Assembly: GCA_043819795.1 (NCBI GenBank)
Contig: JBDREN010000123.1
Span: 1-23,351 of the forward strand
Length of the DNA: 23,351 bases
Origin: Elusimicrobiota bacterium
GTDB taxonomy: Bacteria > Elusimicrobiota > Elusimicrobia > UBA1565
Direction: 5' to 3'
In this document: positions 14,921 through 23,351 of the stretch, one piece after another
Layout: each line of letters begins with the position of its first letter
Position numbering within the stretch: the stretch's first letter is position 1
The notes under the pieces: generated by a model
What the model was told of the DNA's origin: nothing
Seen by the model: the letters and a program-made list of their open reading frames with translations, nothing else
Database searches by the model: none
Translations under genes and position numbers: made by a program

Positions 14921-16280
14921 TTGAACGACAACGCCGAAAGGAACGGCCTCGCAGCTGCGCCCGAGCCGGCCGCAAGCGGCCGGCTCGGGCGCATTCTGAC
15001 CGAGCTGGGCGAGCGCAGCGACTACGACGCCGCCAGCCAGTGCTCCCGCTGCGGCTACTGCGAGCAAGCCTGCCCGACCTACGTCGTGACGGGCAGGGAG
15101 GCCTGGTCGGCGCGCGGCCGCAACCAGCTCGTGCGCCACCTGCTCGAAGGCGCTTTCAAGGACCCGGGCTCGGCCCGCGAGCCCCTATCCACCTGCCTGC
15201 TATGCGGCGCCTGCACGACGGCATGCCCGGCGGGCGTGGCGACGGTCGACCTCGTCCTCGAGGGCCGGCGCCTGCTCCGCGCCGGTAGCGACCCCTGGCT
15301 CGCGCGGCTGCTGAGCTTCCTGCTCATCGAGCGCCCCCGGCTGCTCGCGGCGCTCCTGAAGCGGGCCTACCGGCTCAAGCGCTGGGGCGTGGCGGGCTTG
15401 GCGGCACGCGCGGGGCTTCTGCGCCTTGCCGGCCTGCGCGGTCTCGGGGAGGCGACCATCCAGGTGGACGAGGCCCCCGGACGCCTTCTGGAGGCCGAGC
15501 TTCGCGCCGATCCCGAGCTCCGGACCGCGGCAGGCGCCCAGTGGGCCTACTTCGCCGCATGCGGCCCGAACTATCTCCTCCCCCGGGTGGGGGAAGGCGA
15601 CGGTGAAGGTCCTGAAGGCCCTGCGTGGACGGGGATACTACCCGAACAACGGATGCTGCGGCCTGCTTCCCTTCAACTACGGGAGTCTCGAAGACGCCCG
15701 CCGGCTGGCGAAAGCGAATATCGAGCGGTTCGAGGCCGCCGGCTGCCCCGGATCGGCGCCCGTCGTGGGCGACTGCTCATCCTGCGTGGCGTTCATGAAG
15801 TCCTACCCCCAGCTGTTCCTCGACGACCCTCCCTGGAGGGATCGCGCCGAGCGTTTCGCGGCACGGGTCCGGGACGCGATCGAGACGATCCCGGCCAGCG
15901 ACGTGCCTCGGGCCGCCGTTCCGGGGCCCATCACCTACCACGACTCCTGCCGGGCGCGCAACGCCCAGGGGCTCGTCGCGCAGCCGCGAGAGGTCATGCG
16001 GGCTCTCGGCGGCGAGGCCTTCCGGGAGCTCCCGGAGGCCGACGCCTGCTGCGGAGGGGCCGGGGCCTTCGCGTTCACGCACCCGCGCCTGTCGGACGAG
16101 CTCCTTCGACGGAAGACGGCCAACATCGCGACGACGCACGCCCGCGTCGTCGCGGCCTCGTCGACATCCTGCCTGATCCAGCTTGCCCACGGGCTGAAGA
16201 AATACTATCCTGAATGCAGGGTCGCGCACCTGACGGAGCTCGTCGCCGAAAGCCTTGACGCCAGCGCCGGTCGCGCGTAG
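14921..16280 (+). CDS. glcF: Glycolate oxidase Fe-S subunit GlcF-like, frameshifted near 15589-15593
   Basis: TTG start with GAGGA RBS. CSRCGYCEQACP and CLLCGACTTACP lie in the 14921 frame; CCG domains (GCCG, TYHDSC, ACCGGAG, SCLIQL) lie in the 15426 frame. Removing one G from the G5 run gives LLPRVG-KATVKVL. Confidence 0.88.
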
Positions 16281-16378
16281 CGGCCGAACGCCTAATAACT
16301 CAAAGGCGCAAACACGGCAAGCGCTATGCGCTTGTCGTCCTGAGGTATGGATCACCCCTGCTGCGCAGGGGCGATGAC

Positions 16379-17515
16379 ATGGGACGAAGACAAGAACTCG
16401 AACGTAGGCAGATGCTCTTGGCGCGCTTCGGACGCCGGATAGCGTCCGAGACGCGCATCGACAGCCTGTTGACCATCATCGCCGAGGAGGTCCGCCACAT
16501 CCTGAACGCGGACCGCTGCTCGGTATTCCTCGTCGACTACGAGAAGAACGAGCTCTGGACCAAGGTCGCTTTGGGGGTCGGCGAGAAGGTCCTGCGCATC
16601 CCCATGGGGCAGGGGATCGCGGGCTTCGTGGCGAAGACCGGCTCGGCCGTCAACATACGCGACGCCTACCGCGACACGCGCTTCACTCATGACTTCGACA
16701 AGATCACCGGGTACCAGACGAAGACCGTCCTCGCCGTCCCGCTTCGCGACCGGGTCGGCAAGGCGCTGGGGGTCTTCGAGGTCCTCAACAAGTCCAAGGG
16801 CTCGTTCAACGACGAGGACGAGGGGTTCCTGCGCATCCTCGCGACGATCGCCGCCTCGGCCATCGAGAACGCCCAGCTCTACGGGAACCTCCGCAAGTCG
16901 CACCTCGAGACCATCTACCGCATGGCCATGGTGGCGGAGTACCGCGACCAGCAGGACACGGCCTCGCACCTCCGCCGCATCTCCCGGTACACGGGACTCG
17001 TCGCCGCCGAGATGGGCCTGCCGCTCGACCTCATCGAGGACCTGCGCTACGCGAGCCCGCTGCACGACATCGGCAAGGTCGCCATCCCCGACGCGATCCT
17101 GCTGAAGCCGGGCAAGCTGACGCCCGACGAGTACGAGGAGATGAAGAAGCACCCGGTCTACGGAGCCCGCATGCTGGAGAACGCCGAATCCCGGCTGCTG
17201 CGGCTGGCGAGAAGCATCGCGCTCGCCCACCACGAGCATTGGGACGGGACCGGCTACCCGGACGGCCTCAAGGGAGACACGATCCCGCTCGAGGCCCGCA
17301 TCGTCTCGGTCGTCGACGTCTTCGACGCCCTCACGACGCACCGCGTCTACAAGGGGGCCTGGAGCATCGACGACACCTTCGACTACATGCGCGAGCAGAG
17401 CGGCAGGCTCTTCGAGCCGCGGGTCATCGAGGCCTTCGTCCTCTGCCGGCAGCATATCGAGGAACTCATGGCCGACGAGGCCCACATGAGAGGCGAGGAT
17501 GCCTACAACGCCTGA
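16379..17515 (+). CDS. GAF and HD-GYP domain cyclic dinucleotide phosphodiesterase
   Basis: GAF domain (GQGIAGFVA...DKITGYQT..LAVP..EVLNK...F...DE), then LHDIGK, HHEHWDGTGYPDGL and DVFDAL. Confidence 0.95.
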   Translation: MGRRQELERRQMLLARFGRRIASETRIDSLLTIIAEEVRHILNADRCSVFLVDYEKNELWTKVALGVGEKVLRIPMGQGIAGFVAKTGSAVNIRDAYRDTRFTHDFDKITGYQTKTVLAVPLRDRVGKALGVFEVLNKSKGSFNDEDEGFLRILATIAASAIENAQLYGNLRKSHLETIYRMAMVAEYRDQQDTASHLRRISRYTGLVAAEMGLPLDLIEDLRYASPLHDIGKVAIPDAILLKPGKLTPDEYEEMKKHPVYGARMLENAESRLLRLARSIALAHHEHWDGTGYPDGLKGDTIPLEARIVSVVDVFDALTTHRVYKGAWSIDDTFDYMREQSGRLFEPRVIEAFVLCRQHIEELMADEAHMRGEDAYNA

Positions 17516-20072
17516 GCCCCGGATGCGCGACGAGTCCCCGGATGGAAACGGGGAGCCGCCCGCCTCCTCGGACGCAGGCGCAGCCCGGCCGGCCCAGACC
17601 GCGGCTCCGGGAGGCTCCGGGAGCCTCCCCCCGCCGAAGGGCGCGGAGCAGCACCCCTCCGCCCCCAAGATCGAGGGCTACGTCCTCACCGCGCCCCTGA
17701 GAAAGACCTCGGTCGCCCAGCTGTGGAAGGGCTGGCGGCTGCGCGACATCCGGCAGGTGGCGGTCAAAGTGTTCACGGAGAGCGTCAAGGAGAACTCCCT
17801 CGCCCTGCAGCAGGAAGTGATGCGCCTGATCCGGCTGGGCAAGCATCCTCACATCCTCGAGGTGCTGGACGCCGACCTGACGGAGCGCTCGGCCTACTAC
17901 GTGACGGATCTGATGGACGTCGGGTCGCTGGAGCGGTACGTGAAGGAGGGAAAGCCCGCGCCCGCCCGAGACGTGGCGCGCTGGATGGAGGAGATCTGCG
18001 GGGCGCTCTCTCACGTGCACGCCATGGGCCTGGTCCACGGCGACCTCCGGCCGGCCAACATCCTGCTGGACCGGGAAGGGCGCGCCTGGCTGGCGGACTT
18101 CGGCCAGTCCCGAGAGGTGACGGAGTCCTCGGCCGCCCCGGAGACGCTGGCCTATCTGGCGCCGGAGCAGACGACGCCCGGGAACGGGGCGCCCTCGCGA
18201 ACGGACGCCCGGTCGGACGTGTACGGGCTGGGCGCGACCATGTACGCGGTTCTGACGGGCGGCACGCCGCGCAAAGAAAGCCGCGGGCGCCTGGCGGCGG
18301 CGAAGGGCCTGCGGGATCGTCTCAAGCTCTACCGGGAGATCGTCCATGCCGAGCCCCTGCTCGGAGCCTGGGAGGCGACGGGGCTCAAGGTCGACATAGA
18401 CCTCTCGGCCATCGTGGGCAAATGCCTGCAGGCGACGCCCGAGAAGCGCTATCAGTCCATGCCGGCCGTGCGGGCGGACCTCGAGGCGCGGCGGCACACG
18501 CGCCCCGTGGGCCCGCTAGCCCATCGTCCGGTATACCGGTTCAGGCGCTTCCTGCAGCGCAACGCGTTCCTGCTCGGCACCGTCGCCGTGCTCGTTGCCC
18601 TGGTCGGGCCCGTGGCGCACGTCCTGCGCAAGGAGGCGGTCCTGAGAAAGCAGGTCGCGTTCTCCTACGCGATCCGGGGACGGCAGCTGGCTCAGGAAAA
18701 GGACTACGCCGCGGCGGCGGTCTATTACGCGCGATCGAACTCTCTGGAGCCGGCGTACGCGACGCAAGCCAACGCGCTGGCCAGCCTCCACCATCTGCGC
18801 GTTCCGGCCGGGGCCTTCAGCGAGGGCTCGCCCCTGCCGCCCGCCGCGTCCCCGCCGGGCGGCGTCGCCGTGCTGGCCGAAGGGACCAGCGCCCGCCTCT
18901 GGGACCTTCGCACCGGGGAGACCATCGGGAAGGCCCTGCTCCACGACGCCGACGTGACGGCAACGGCCTTCAGCCCGGACGGCAAGACCGTCCTCACCGG
19001 AAGCCGCGACGGGACAGCCCGCTTCTGGGGCGCCCGCACGGGCGAGCCCGTGGGCGAGGTCATGCGCCACAAGGGCTGGGTGTCCGCGGCCACGTTCAGC
19101 CCGGACGGGAGCATCGTCGCGACGAGCACGTCCGAGAAAGCGGCCCGGGTCTGGCAAACCGGAACGGGCAAGGCTATCGGGGAGGTCATGCTCCACGAAG
19201 GCTACGTGAAGCGCGTCGTGTTCAGTCCGGACGGCGCGCGCATCGTGACCGCGAGTTCCGACAACACCGCCCGCTTATGGGACGCCCGGACCGGCAGGCC
19301 CCTCGGGATGGCCCTGCGCCATCGAGGAGATGTGACCGACGTCGCCTTCAGCCCGGACGGCGCGCGCGTGGTGACGGCCGGAGCGGACTGGACCGCGCGC
19401 CTATGGGACGCCCGCACGGGCAAGCCCGTCGGGAAGGTCATGCGCCATAGGGGCGTCGTGGCGGCCGCCGCTTTCAGCCCGGACGGCGCGCGCGTGGTGA
19501 CGGGCGGTGCGGACAAGACCGCCCGCCTCTGGGACGCCCGCACGGGCAAGCCCGTCGCCGAGGCGATGCGCCACACCCACGATGTGGCCGCCGTCGCCAT
19601 GAGCCCCGACGGCGGGGCCGTGGCGACCGGGGACGCGGGCGGGACCGCCCGCCTGTGGGACCCCCGCGCGGGCAAGCCGCTCGGGAAGGCCATGCGCCAC
19701 GAAGCCGGCGTGACGGGCATCGCTTTCAGCCCGGACGGCAAGACGCTCGCCACGGCCAGCCGGGACGGTTCCGTCCGTCTTTGGGACGCCCGCACGGGCG
19801 AGCCCCTAGGCGAGGGCCTCCGGCACGGGATAGCCGTGGGCGCGGTCTTTTTCGGCCCCCGCGGCGACCGCCTCTTTACCCAGACCATCGACAAGGCCGC
19901 CACGCGGATGTGGGACACCGCCTGGCTCTCGGAAGATATCCTGCCCGAGCGGCTCTGGGCCGCGGCGCGCATCGCCACCCGCCGAAAGATCGACGATCTG
20001 GGCCGCATCGAGACGATCTCCGAGCCCGAGCTGGACGCACTGCGCAAGCGCTACGACAGGCTGACCCCGTAA
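17499..20072 (+). CDS. Ser/Thr kinase-like domain, hydrophobic segment and WD40 repeat protein
   Basis: VAVK, HGDLRPANIL, DFG, YLAPE and SDVYGLG. Hydrophobic FLLGTVAVLVALVG. About 8 full and 1 partial 42-aa WD40 repeats. The start could alternatively be 17523. Confidence 0.92.
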   Translation: MPTTPEPRMRDESPDGNGEPPASSDAGAARPAQTAAPGGSGSLPPPKGAEQHPSAPKIEGYVLTAPLRKTSVAQLWKGWRLRDIRQVAVKVFTESVKENSLALQQEVMRLIRLGKHPHILEVLDADLTERSAYYVTDLMDVGSLERYVKEGKPAPARDVARWMEEICGALSHVHAMGLVHGDLRPANILLDREGRAWLADFGQSREVTESSAAPETLAYLAPEQTTPGNGAPSRTDARSDVYGLGATMYAVLTGGTPRKESRGRLAAAKGLRDRLKLYREIVHAEPLLGAWEATGLKVDIDLSAIVGKCLQATPEKRYQSMPAVRADLEARRHTRPVGPLAHRPVYRFRRFLQRNAFLLGTVAVLVALVGPVAHVLRKEAVLRKQVAFSYAIRGRQLAQEKDYAAAAVYYARSNSLEPAYATQANALASLHHLRVPAGAFSEGSPLPPAASPPGGVAVLAEGTSARLWDLRTGETIGKALLHDADVTATAFSPDGKTVLTGSRDGTARFWGARTGEPVGEVMRHKGWVSAATFSPDGSIVATSTSEKAARVWQTGTGKAIGEVMLHEGYVKRVVFSPDGARIVTASSDNTARLWDARTGRPLGMALRHRGDVTDVAFSPDGARVVTAGADWTARLWDARTGKPVGKVMRHRGVVAAAAFSPDGARVVTGGADKTARLWDARTGKPVAEAMRHTHDVAAVAMSPDGGAVATGDAGGTARLWDPRAGKPLGKAMRHEAGVTGIAFSPDGKTLATASRDGSVRLWDARTGEPLGEGLRHGIAVGAVFFGPRGDRLFTQTIDKAATRMWDTAWLSEDILPERLWAAARIATRRKIDDLGRIETISEPELDALRKRYDRLTP
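18880..19920 (+). repeat. 126-bp period coding repeats (WD40 blades)
   Basis: The FSPDG-type codon block recurs at 18969, 19095, 19221, 19347, 19473, 19599 and 19725. Confidence 0.92.
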
Positions 20073-20170
20073 CATAGACGGTGAGAGGCCCTGGGCGGGA
20101 TTCCCTCGCGGGATATCCTTCAGACGGCTGTCCAGGAACGGCTCAAGCCGGCGCGGCGGGGGGCGGACGG

Positions 20171-20440
20171 CTACTCTATCTGGTCCAATTGATCCTGCAG
20201 GGCCTTCTGGCTGGCTTCCGCGTCCTCGGCGGCCTGCCGGGCCCGGTCAAGGACGGGCTTGGCTTCGCGCGGATCGAGATGGACGGGGACCTGCGTCTCG
20301 CTGGCGGGAGCCTTCGCGGGCTCGGACGCCTTCGGGGGCTCGGAGTCCTTCTTCGAGCAGCCGGCCCACGAGCCGGCCGCCAAGAGTAGCGCGCCAGCGG
20401 CCAAACAAACAGCCGTCCTATGGTCAAGAGTTCGGCGCAT
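20171..20440 (-). CDS. Small lipoprotein
   Basis: GGGAGG RBS. Signal peptide with lipobox-like WAG-C followed by SKK. Overlaps the end of the upstream lyase gene by 17 nt. Confidence 0.7.
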   Translation of the reverse strand: MRRTLDHRTAVCLAAGALLLAAGSWAGCSKKDSEPPKASEPAKAPASETQVPVHLDPREAKPVLDRARQAAEDAEASQKALQDQLDQIE

Positions 20441-21617
20441 GATCCCTCCCCGACAGGCTCTTCAGTATCGCCTGGTCCAAGTCTTCAATGAGGTCCCGGG
20501 AGTCCTCGATACCGACCGACAGGCGGATGAGCCCGTCGGTGACGCCCGTCTTAAGCCGCTCCTCGCGCGGGATGGCGGCGTGGGTCATCGTGGCGGGATG
20601 GCTGACGAGCGACTCCACGCCGCCCAGGCTCTCGGCGAGCGAGAACACCTCCGTAAGCCCGAGCATCCTGAGCGCGCGCTCATGCCCGCCCTTGAGCTCG
20701 AAGCTGACCATGCCGCCGGCCAGCCGCATCTGGGCCTTGGCCAGCTCGTAGTGGGGGTGCGTCGGAAGACCGGGATAGTGGACGCGCTCCACCTCGGGAT
20801 GCTCCAGGAGGTGGCGGGCGACGGACAGCGCGTTCGCGCAGTGCCTCTCCATGCGCAAGGGGAGCGTCTTCGCTCCCCGCAGGACCAGGAAGCAGTCGAG
20901 AGGCCCCGGCACCGCCCCGACCGAGTTTTGGATGAACGCCAGGCTCTCGTGAAGCCCTTTGTCGGCGCCCACGACCGCCCCACCGACGACATCGGAGTGC
21001 CCCCCGAGGTATTTCGTGGTCGAGTGGACTACCAGGTCCGCGCCCATCTCCAGAGGGCGCTGGATGTAAGGCGTGGCGAATGTATTGTCCACCGCGACCA
21101 GCAGCTTCCTCTCGTGCGCCAAGCCGCAGAGCGCCTTGATGTCCGAGACGAGGAGCATGGGGTTCGACGGCGTCTCGACCCAGAGCAGCTTGGTCTGAGG
21201 CGTAATCGCCCGTTCCACGGCTCCGAGGTCGCAGGTGCTGACGAACGAAAACCTCACGCCGAAACGCTCGAAGACCTTCGTGAACAGCCGGTAGGTGCCG
21301 CCGTAGAGGTCCTCGCAGCTGACGACGTGGTCGCCGGCTCTCAGCGTCTGGATGACCGCGGCCGTGGCGGCCGAGCCGCTCGCGAAGCAAAGGCCCCAGG
21401 CCCCTCCCTCGAGGGCGGCCAGGTTCCGCTCGAGAGCCAGCCGCGTCGGATGCCGCGTGCGGGAGTACTCGAAGCCCTTGTGACGGCCGGGGCCTTCCTG
21501 GACGTACGTGGAGGTCAGGTACACCGGCGTCATAATGGCGCCGGTGGCCGGATCGGGGCCAACCCCCGAGTGGACGGCCTGGGTCGCGAAACGGAGCTTC
21601 TCGGGCTTGTCGGGCAT
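20424..21617 (-). CDS. Cystathionine gamma-lyase/gamma-synthase (Cys/Met metabolism PLP enzyme)
   Basis: YSRTRHPT, DLYGGT, ETPSNP, DNTFATP, HSTTKYLGGHSD (PLP lysine), AESLGGVESL and RLSVGIE. Proximity to cbs favours gamma-lyase. Confidence 0.93.
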   Translation of the reverse strand: MPDKPEKLRFATQAVHSGVGPDPATGAIMTPVYLTSTYVQEGPGRHKGFEYSRTRHPTRLALERNLAALEGGAWGLCFASGSAATAAVIQTLRAGDHVVSCEDLYGGTYRLFTKVFERFGVRFSFVSTCDLGAVERAITPQTKLLWVETPSNPMLLVSDIKALCGLAHERKLLVAVDNTFATPYIQRPLEMGADLVVHSTTKYLGGHSDVVGGAVVGADKGLHESLAFIQNSVGAVPGPLDCFLVLRGAKTLPLRMERHCANALSVARHLLEHPEVERVHYPGLPTHPHYELAKAQMRLAGGMVSFELKGGHERALRMLGLTEVFSLAESLGGVESLVSHPATMTHAAIPREERLKTGVTDGLIRLSVGIEDSRDLIEDLDQAILKSLSGRDHAPNS

Positions 21618-21741
21618 CGCCGCGCCTCAGCCGAAAGAATACGATTATCCCCCCCGCGTCGGCAAGAGCGCGAAAGGTATTGTGCGACAGCTGTTGCGGA
21701 GCTCCCCCCCAGATAGTGCATAATGACCGGGGAGGATACCC

Positions 21742-23121
21742 ATGGCCCAAACCGCTCCGCTCTTTCGCGACATCCTCGAAAGCATCGGCAACACCCCCTT
21801 GATCGAGGCCAGCCGCCTCGAGACGGGCCCCTGCCGTCTGTTCCTGAAGCTGGAGAACCAGAACCCCGGCGGATCGATCAAGGACCGCATCGGCAAGGCC
21901 ATGATCGAGGCCGCGGAAGCGGACGGCCGGCTCAAGCCAGGCGGAACGATCGTCGAGGCGACGGCCGGCAACACGGGCCTGGGGCTCGCCCTCGTGGCCG
22001 CCCAGAAGGGCTACCGCCTCATCCTCGTGGTTCCCGACAAGATGGCGCGGGAGAAGATCTTCCATCTGAAGGCCTTCGGCGCCGAAGTGCGGATGACCCG
22101 CTCGGACGTGACCAAGGGCCATCCCGAGTACTATCAGGAAATAGCTGAGCGCATCGCCGCCGAGACCGGCGCCTTCTACGTCAACCAGTTCGCCAATCCC
22201 GCCAATCCGGCGGCGCACGAAACGACCACCGCTCCGGAGATATGGGAGCAGATGGGCCGCGAGATCGACGCGGTGGTCTGCGGCGTCGGCTCCGGCGGCA
22301 CCCTCACCGGCCTGAGCCGGTTCTTCGCCGGCGCCGACCCGCGCGTCGAGATGGTCCTGGCCGACCCGGAGGGGTCGGTCCTCGCCGACTACGTCAATAC
22401 CGGGAAACTCGGCTCCGAGGCGGGCTCCTGGCTGGTGGAAGGTATCGGTGAGGACTTCATGCCCCCGATCGCGGACCTGTCGCGCGTCAAGCGCGCGTAC
22501 TCCATCGGGGACGCGGAGAGCTTCGCCGTCGCGCGCGAGCTGCTGCGCAAAGAGGGCGTCCTGGCCGGGTCGTCGTCCGGAACGCTGCTCGCGGCGGCGC
22601 TGCGCTATTGCCGCGAGCAGAGCGCGCCCAAGCGGGTCGTCACCTTCGTCTGCGACAGCGGCAACAAGTACCTCTCCAAGATGTACAACGACTACTGGAT
22701 GGCCGACCAGGGTTTCGCCGAGCGCGCGAAGTCCGGAGACCTTAGGGACATCCTGTCGCGCCGGCACCGGGAAAGGGCCACCGTCTTCATCGGTCCCGGC
22801 GATACCCTGCTGGCGGCCTACGGCAGGATGAAGCTCTACGACATCTCGCAGCTCCCGGTGATCGAGGACGGCAAGGTCGTGGGCATCGTGGACGAGGGCG
22901 ACATCCTGATGGCCGTCTTCAAAGACGAGGGCCGGTTCAAGGCCCCGGTCAAAAGCGCGATGACCTCCAAGCTGGAGACCATCCAGGCGGGCGATCCGGT
23001 CGAGTCCCTCTTGAGGATCTTCGACAGGGGGCTTGTGGCCATCGTGTTCGAGGGCTCCGATTTCCTGGGCCTGATCACGCAGATCGACCTCCTCAACCAC
23101 CTGCGCCGACGGATGAGGTGA
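21742..23121 (+). CDS. cbs: Cystathionine beta-synthase with C-terminal CBS domains
   Basis: GNTPL, NPGGSIKDR (PLP lysine), EATAGNTG, GSGGT, EGIG and DSGNKYLSK, plus a C-terminal CBS pair. GGAGG RBS. Confidence 0.92.
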   Translation: MAQTAPLFRDILESIGNTPLIEASRLETGPCRLFLKLENQNPGGSIKDRIGKAMIEAAEADGRLKPGGTIVEATAGNTGLGLALVAAQKGYRLILVVPDKMAREKIFHLKAFGAEVRMTRSDVTKGHPEYYQEIAERIAAETGAFYVNQFANPANPAAHETTTAPEIWEQMGREIDAVVCGVGSGGTLTGLSRFFAGADPRVEMVLADPEGSVLADYVNTGKLGSEAGSWLVEGIGEDFMPPIADLSRVKRAYSIGDAESFAVARELLRKEGVLAGSSSGTLLAAALRYCREQSAPKRVVTFVCDSGNKYLSKMYNDYWMADQGFAERAKSGDLRDILSRRHRERATVFIGPGDTLLAAYGRMKLYDISQLPVIEDGKVVGIVDEGDILMAVFKDEGRFKAPVKSAMTSKLETIQAGDPVESLLRIFDRGLVAIVFEGSDFLGLITQIDLLNHLRRRMR

Positions 23122-23152
23122 CCCCCCGCCGGGAGCGCCGGCCGGCCAGGCC

Positions 23153-23245
23153 CTACCCGACGGCCACGATCACCTGGCCGGCGATCGTCAAGATGATGTT
23201 CGCGAAGGCGTAGGCCCCCGCGTAGCCGAGGGCCGGCATCGGGTT
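23153..23245 (-). pseudogene. C-terminal remnant of a YidE/YbjL/AspT-family antiporter
   Basis: Minus strand translates NPMPALGYAGAYAFANIILTIAGQVIVAVG*, resembling the family C-terminus ([20 protein letters not shown]). The resemblance stops at the inverted-repeat element. Not in the ORF track. Confidence 0.75.
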
Positions 23246-23324
23246 ACGGTGCCGTGCTGGACTTTTGGGAAGTATTCGCCGGCCGCCTCCCGGATTTGAC
23301 CCAAAAGTCATGCACGGCACCGTA
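23245..23324. mobile_element. 80-bp MITE-like element with 25-bp terminal inverted repeats
   Basis: TACGGTGCCGTGCTGGACTTTTGGG (23245-23269) and CCCAAAAGTCATGCACGGCACCGTA (23300-23324) match at 23 of 25 positions. The terminal TA on both sides could be a TA target duplication. Confidence 0.65.
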
Positions 23325-23351
23325 GTAGACGGGGCTAGTCGGTCCGGCTCG

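Noticed and set aside
6628..23100. Long antisense or alternate-frame ORFs (e.g. 7852-9402, 9384-10802, 13216-14805, 16352-17668, 20259-21716, 20680-23100)
   Set aside because: These are shadow ORFs expected from high-GC codon bias over well-supported genes, and they carry no recognisable motifs.

Overview
The window has two parts. (1) About 1-3064 is a visibly lower-GC accessory island ending at the 5' end of tRNA-Ser(CGA). It holds the 3' part of a phage/ICE-type tyrosine recombinase that lacks the IntI-specific insertion, a 258-aa helical ORF with an RxxxxxH HEPN-like motif, a complete 57-bp integron attC site, a fused CapRel-type toxic small alarmone synthetase, the left half of a second attC, and short tandem repeats resembling integrase arm sites. 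This looks like integron cassettes carrying probable anti-phage genes inside an integrative element without intI, and is the most interesting part. (2) About 3065-23351 is GC-rich host chromosome, possibly Elusimicrobiota (inference from protein style only). It encodes a SEC-C protein, mgtE, a Pro-rich secreted protein, a ~76-bp hairpin tandem repeat, a secreted PLD-family protein with four HKD motifs, tryptophanase, a hybrid histidine kinase, a GlcD-GlcE fusion, a frameshifted glcF, a GAF/HD-GYP phosphodiesterase, an atypical Ser/Thr kinase-WD40 protein, a small lipoprotein, and divergent cystathionine gamma-lyase and cystathionine beta-synthase genes. The window ends with a YidE/YbjL/AspT transporter remnant cut by an 80-bp MITE-like element. 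All calls come from reading motifs by eye; no searches were run.
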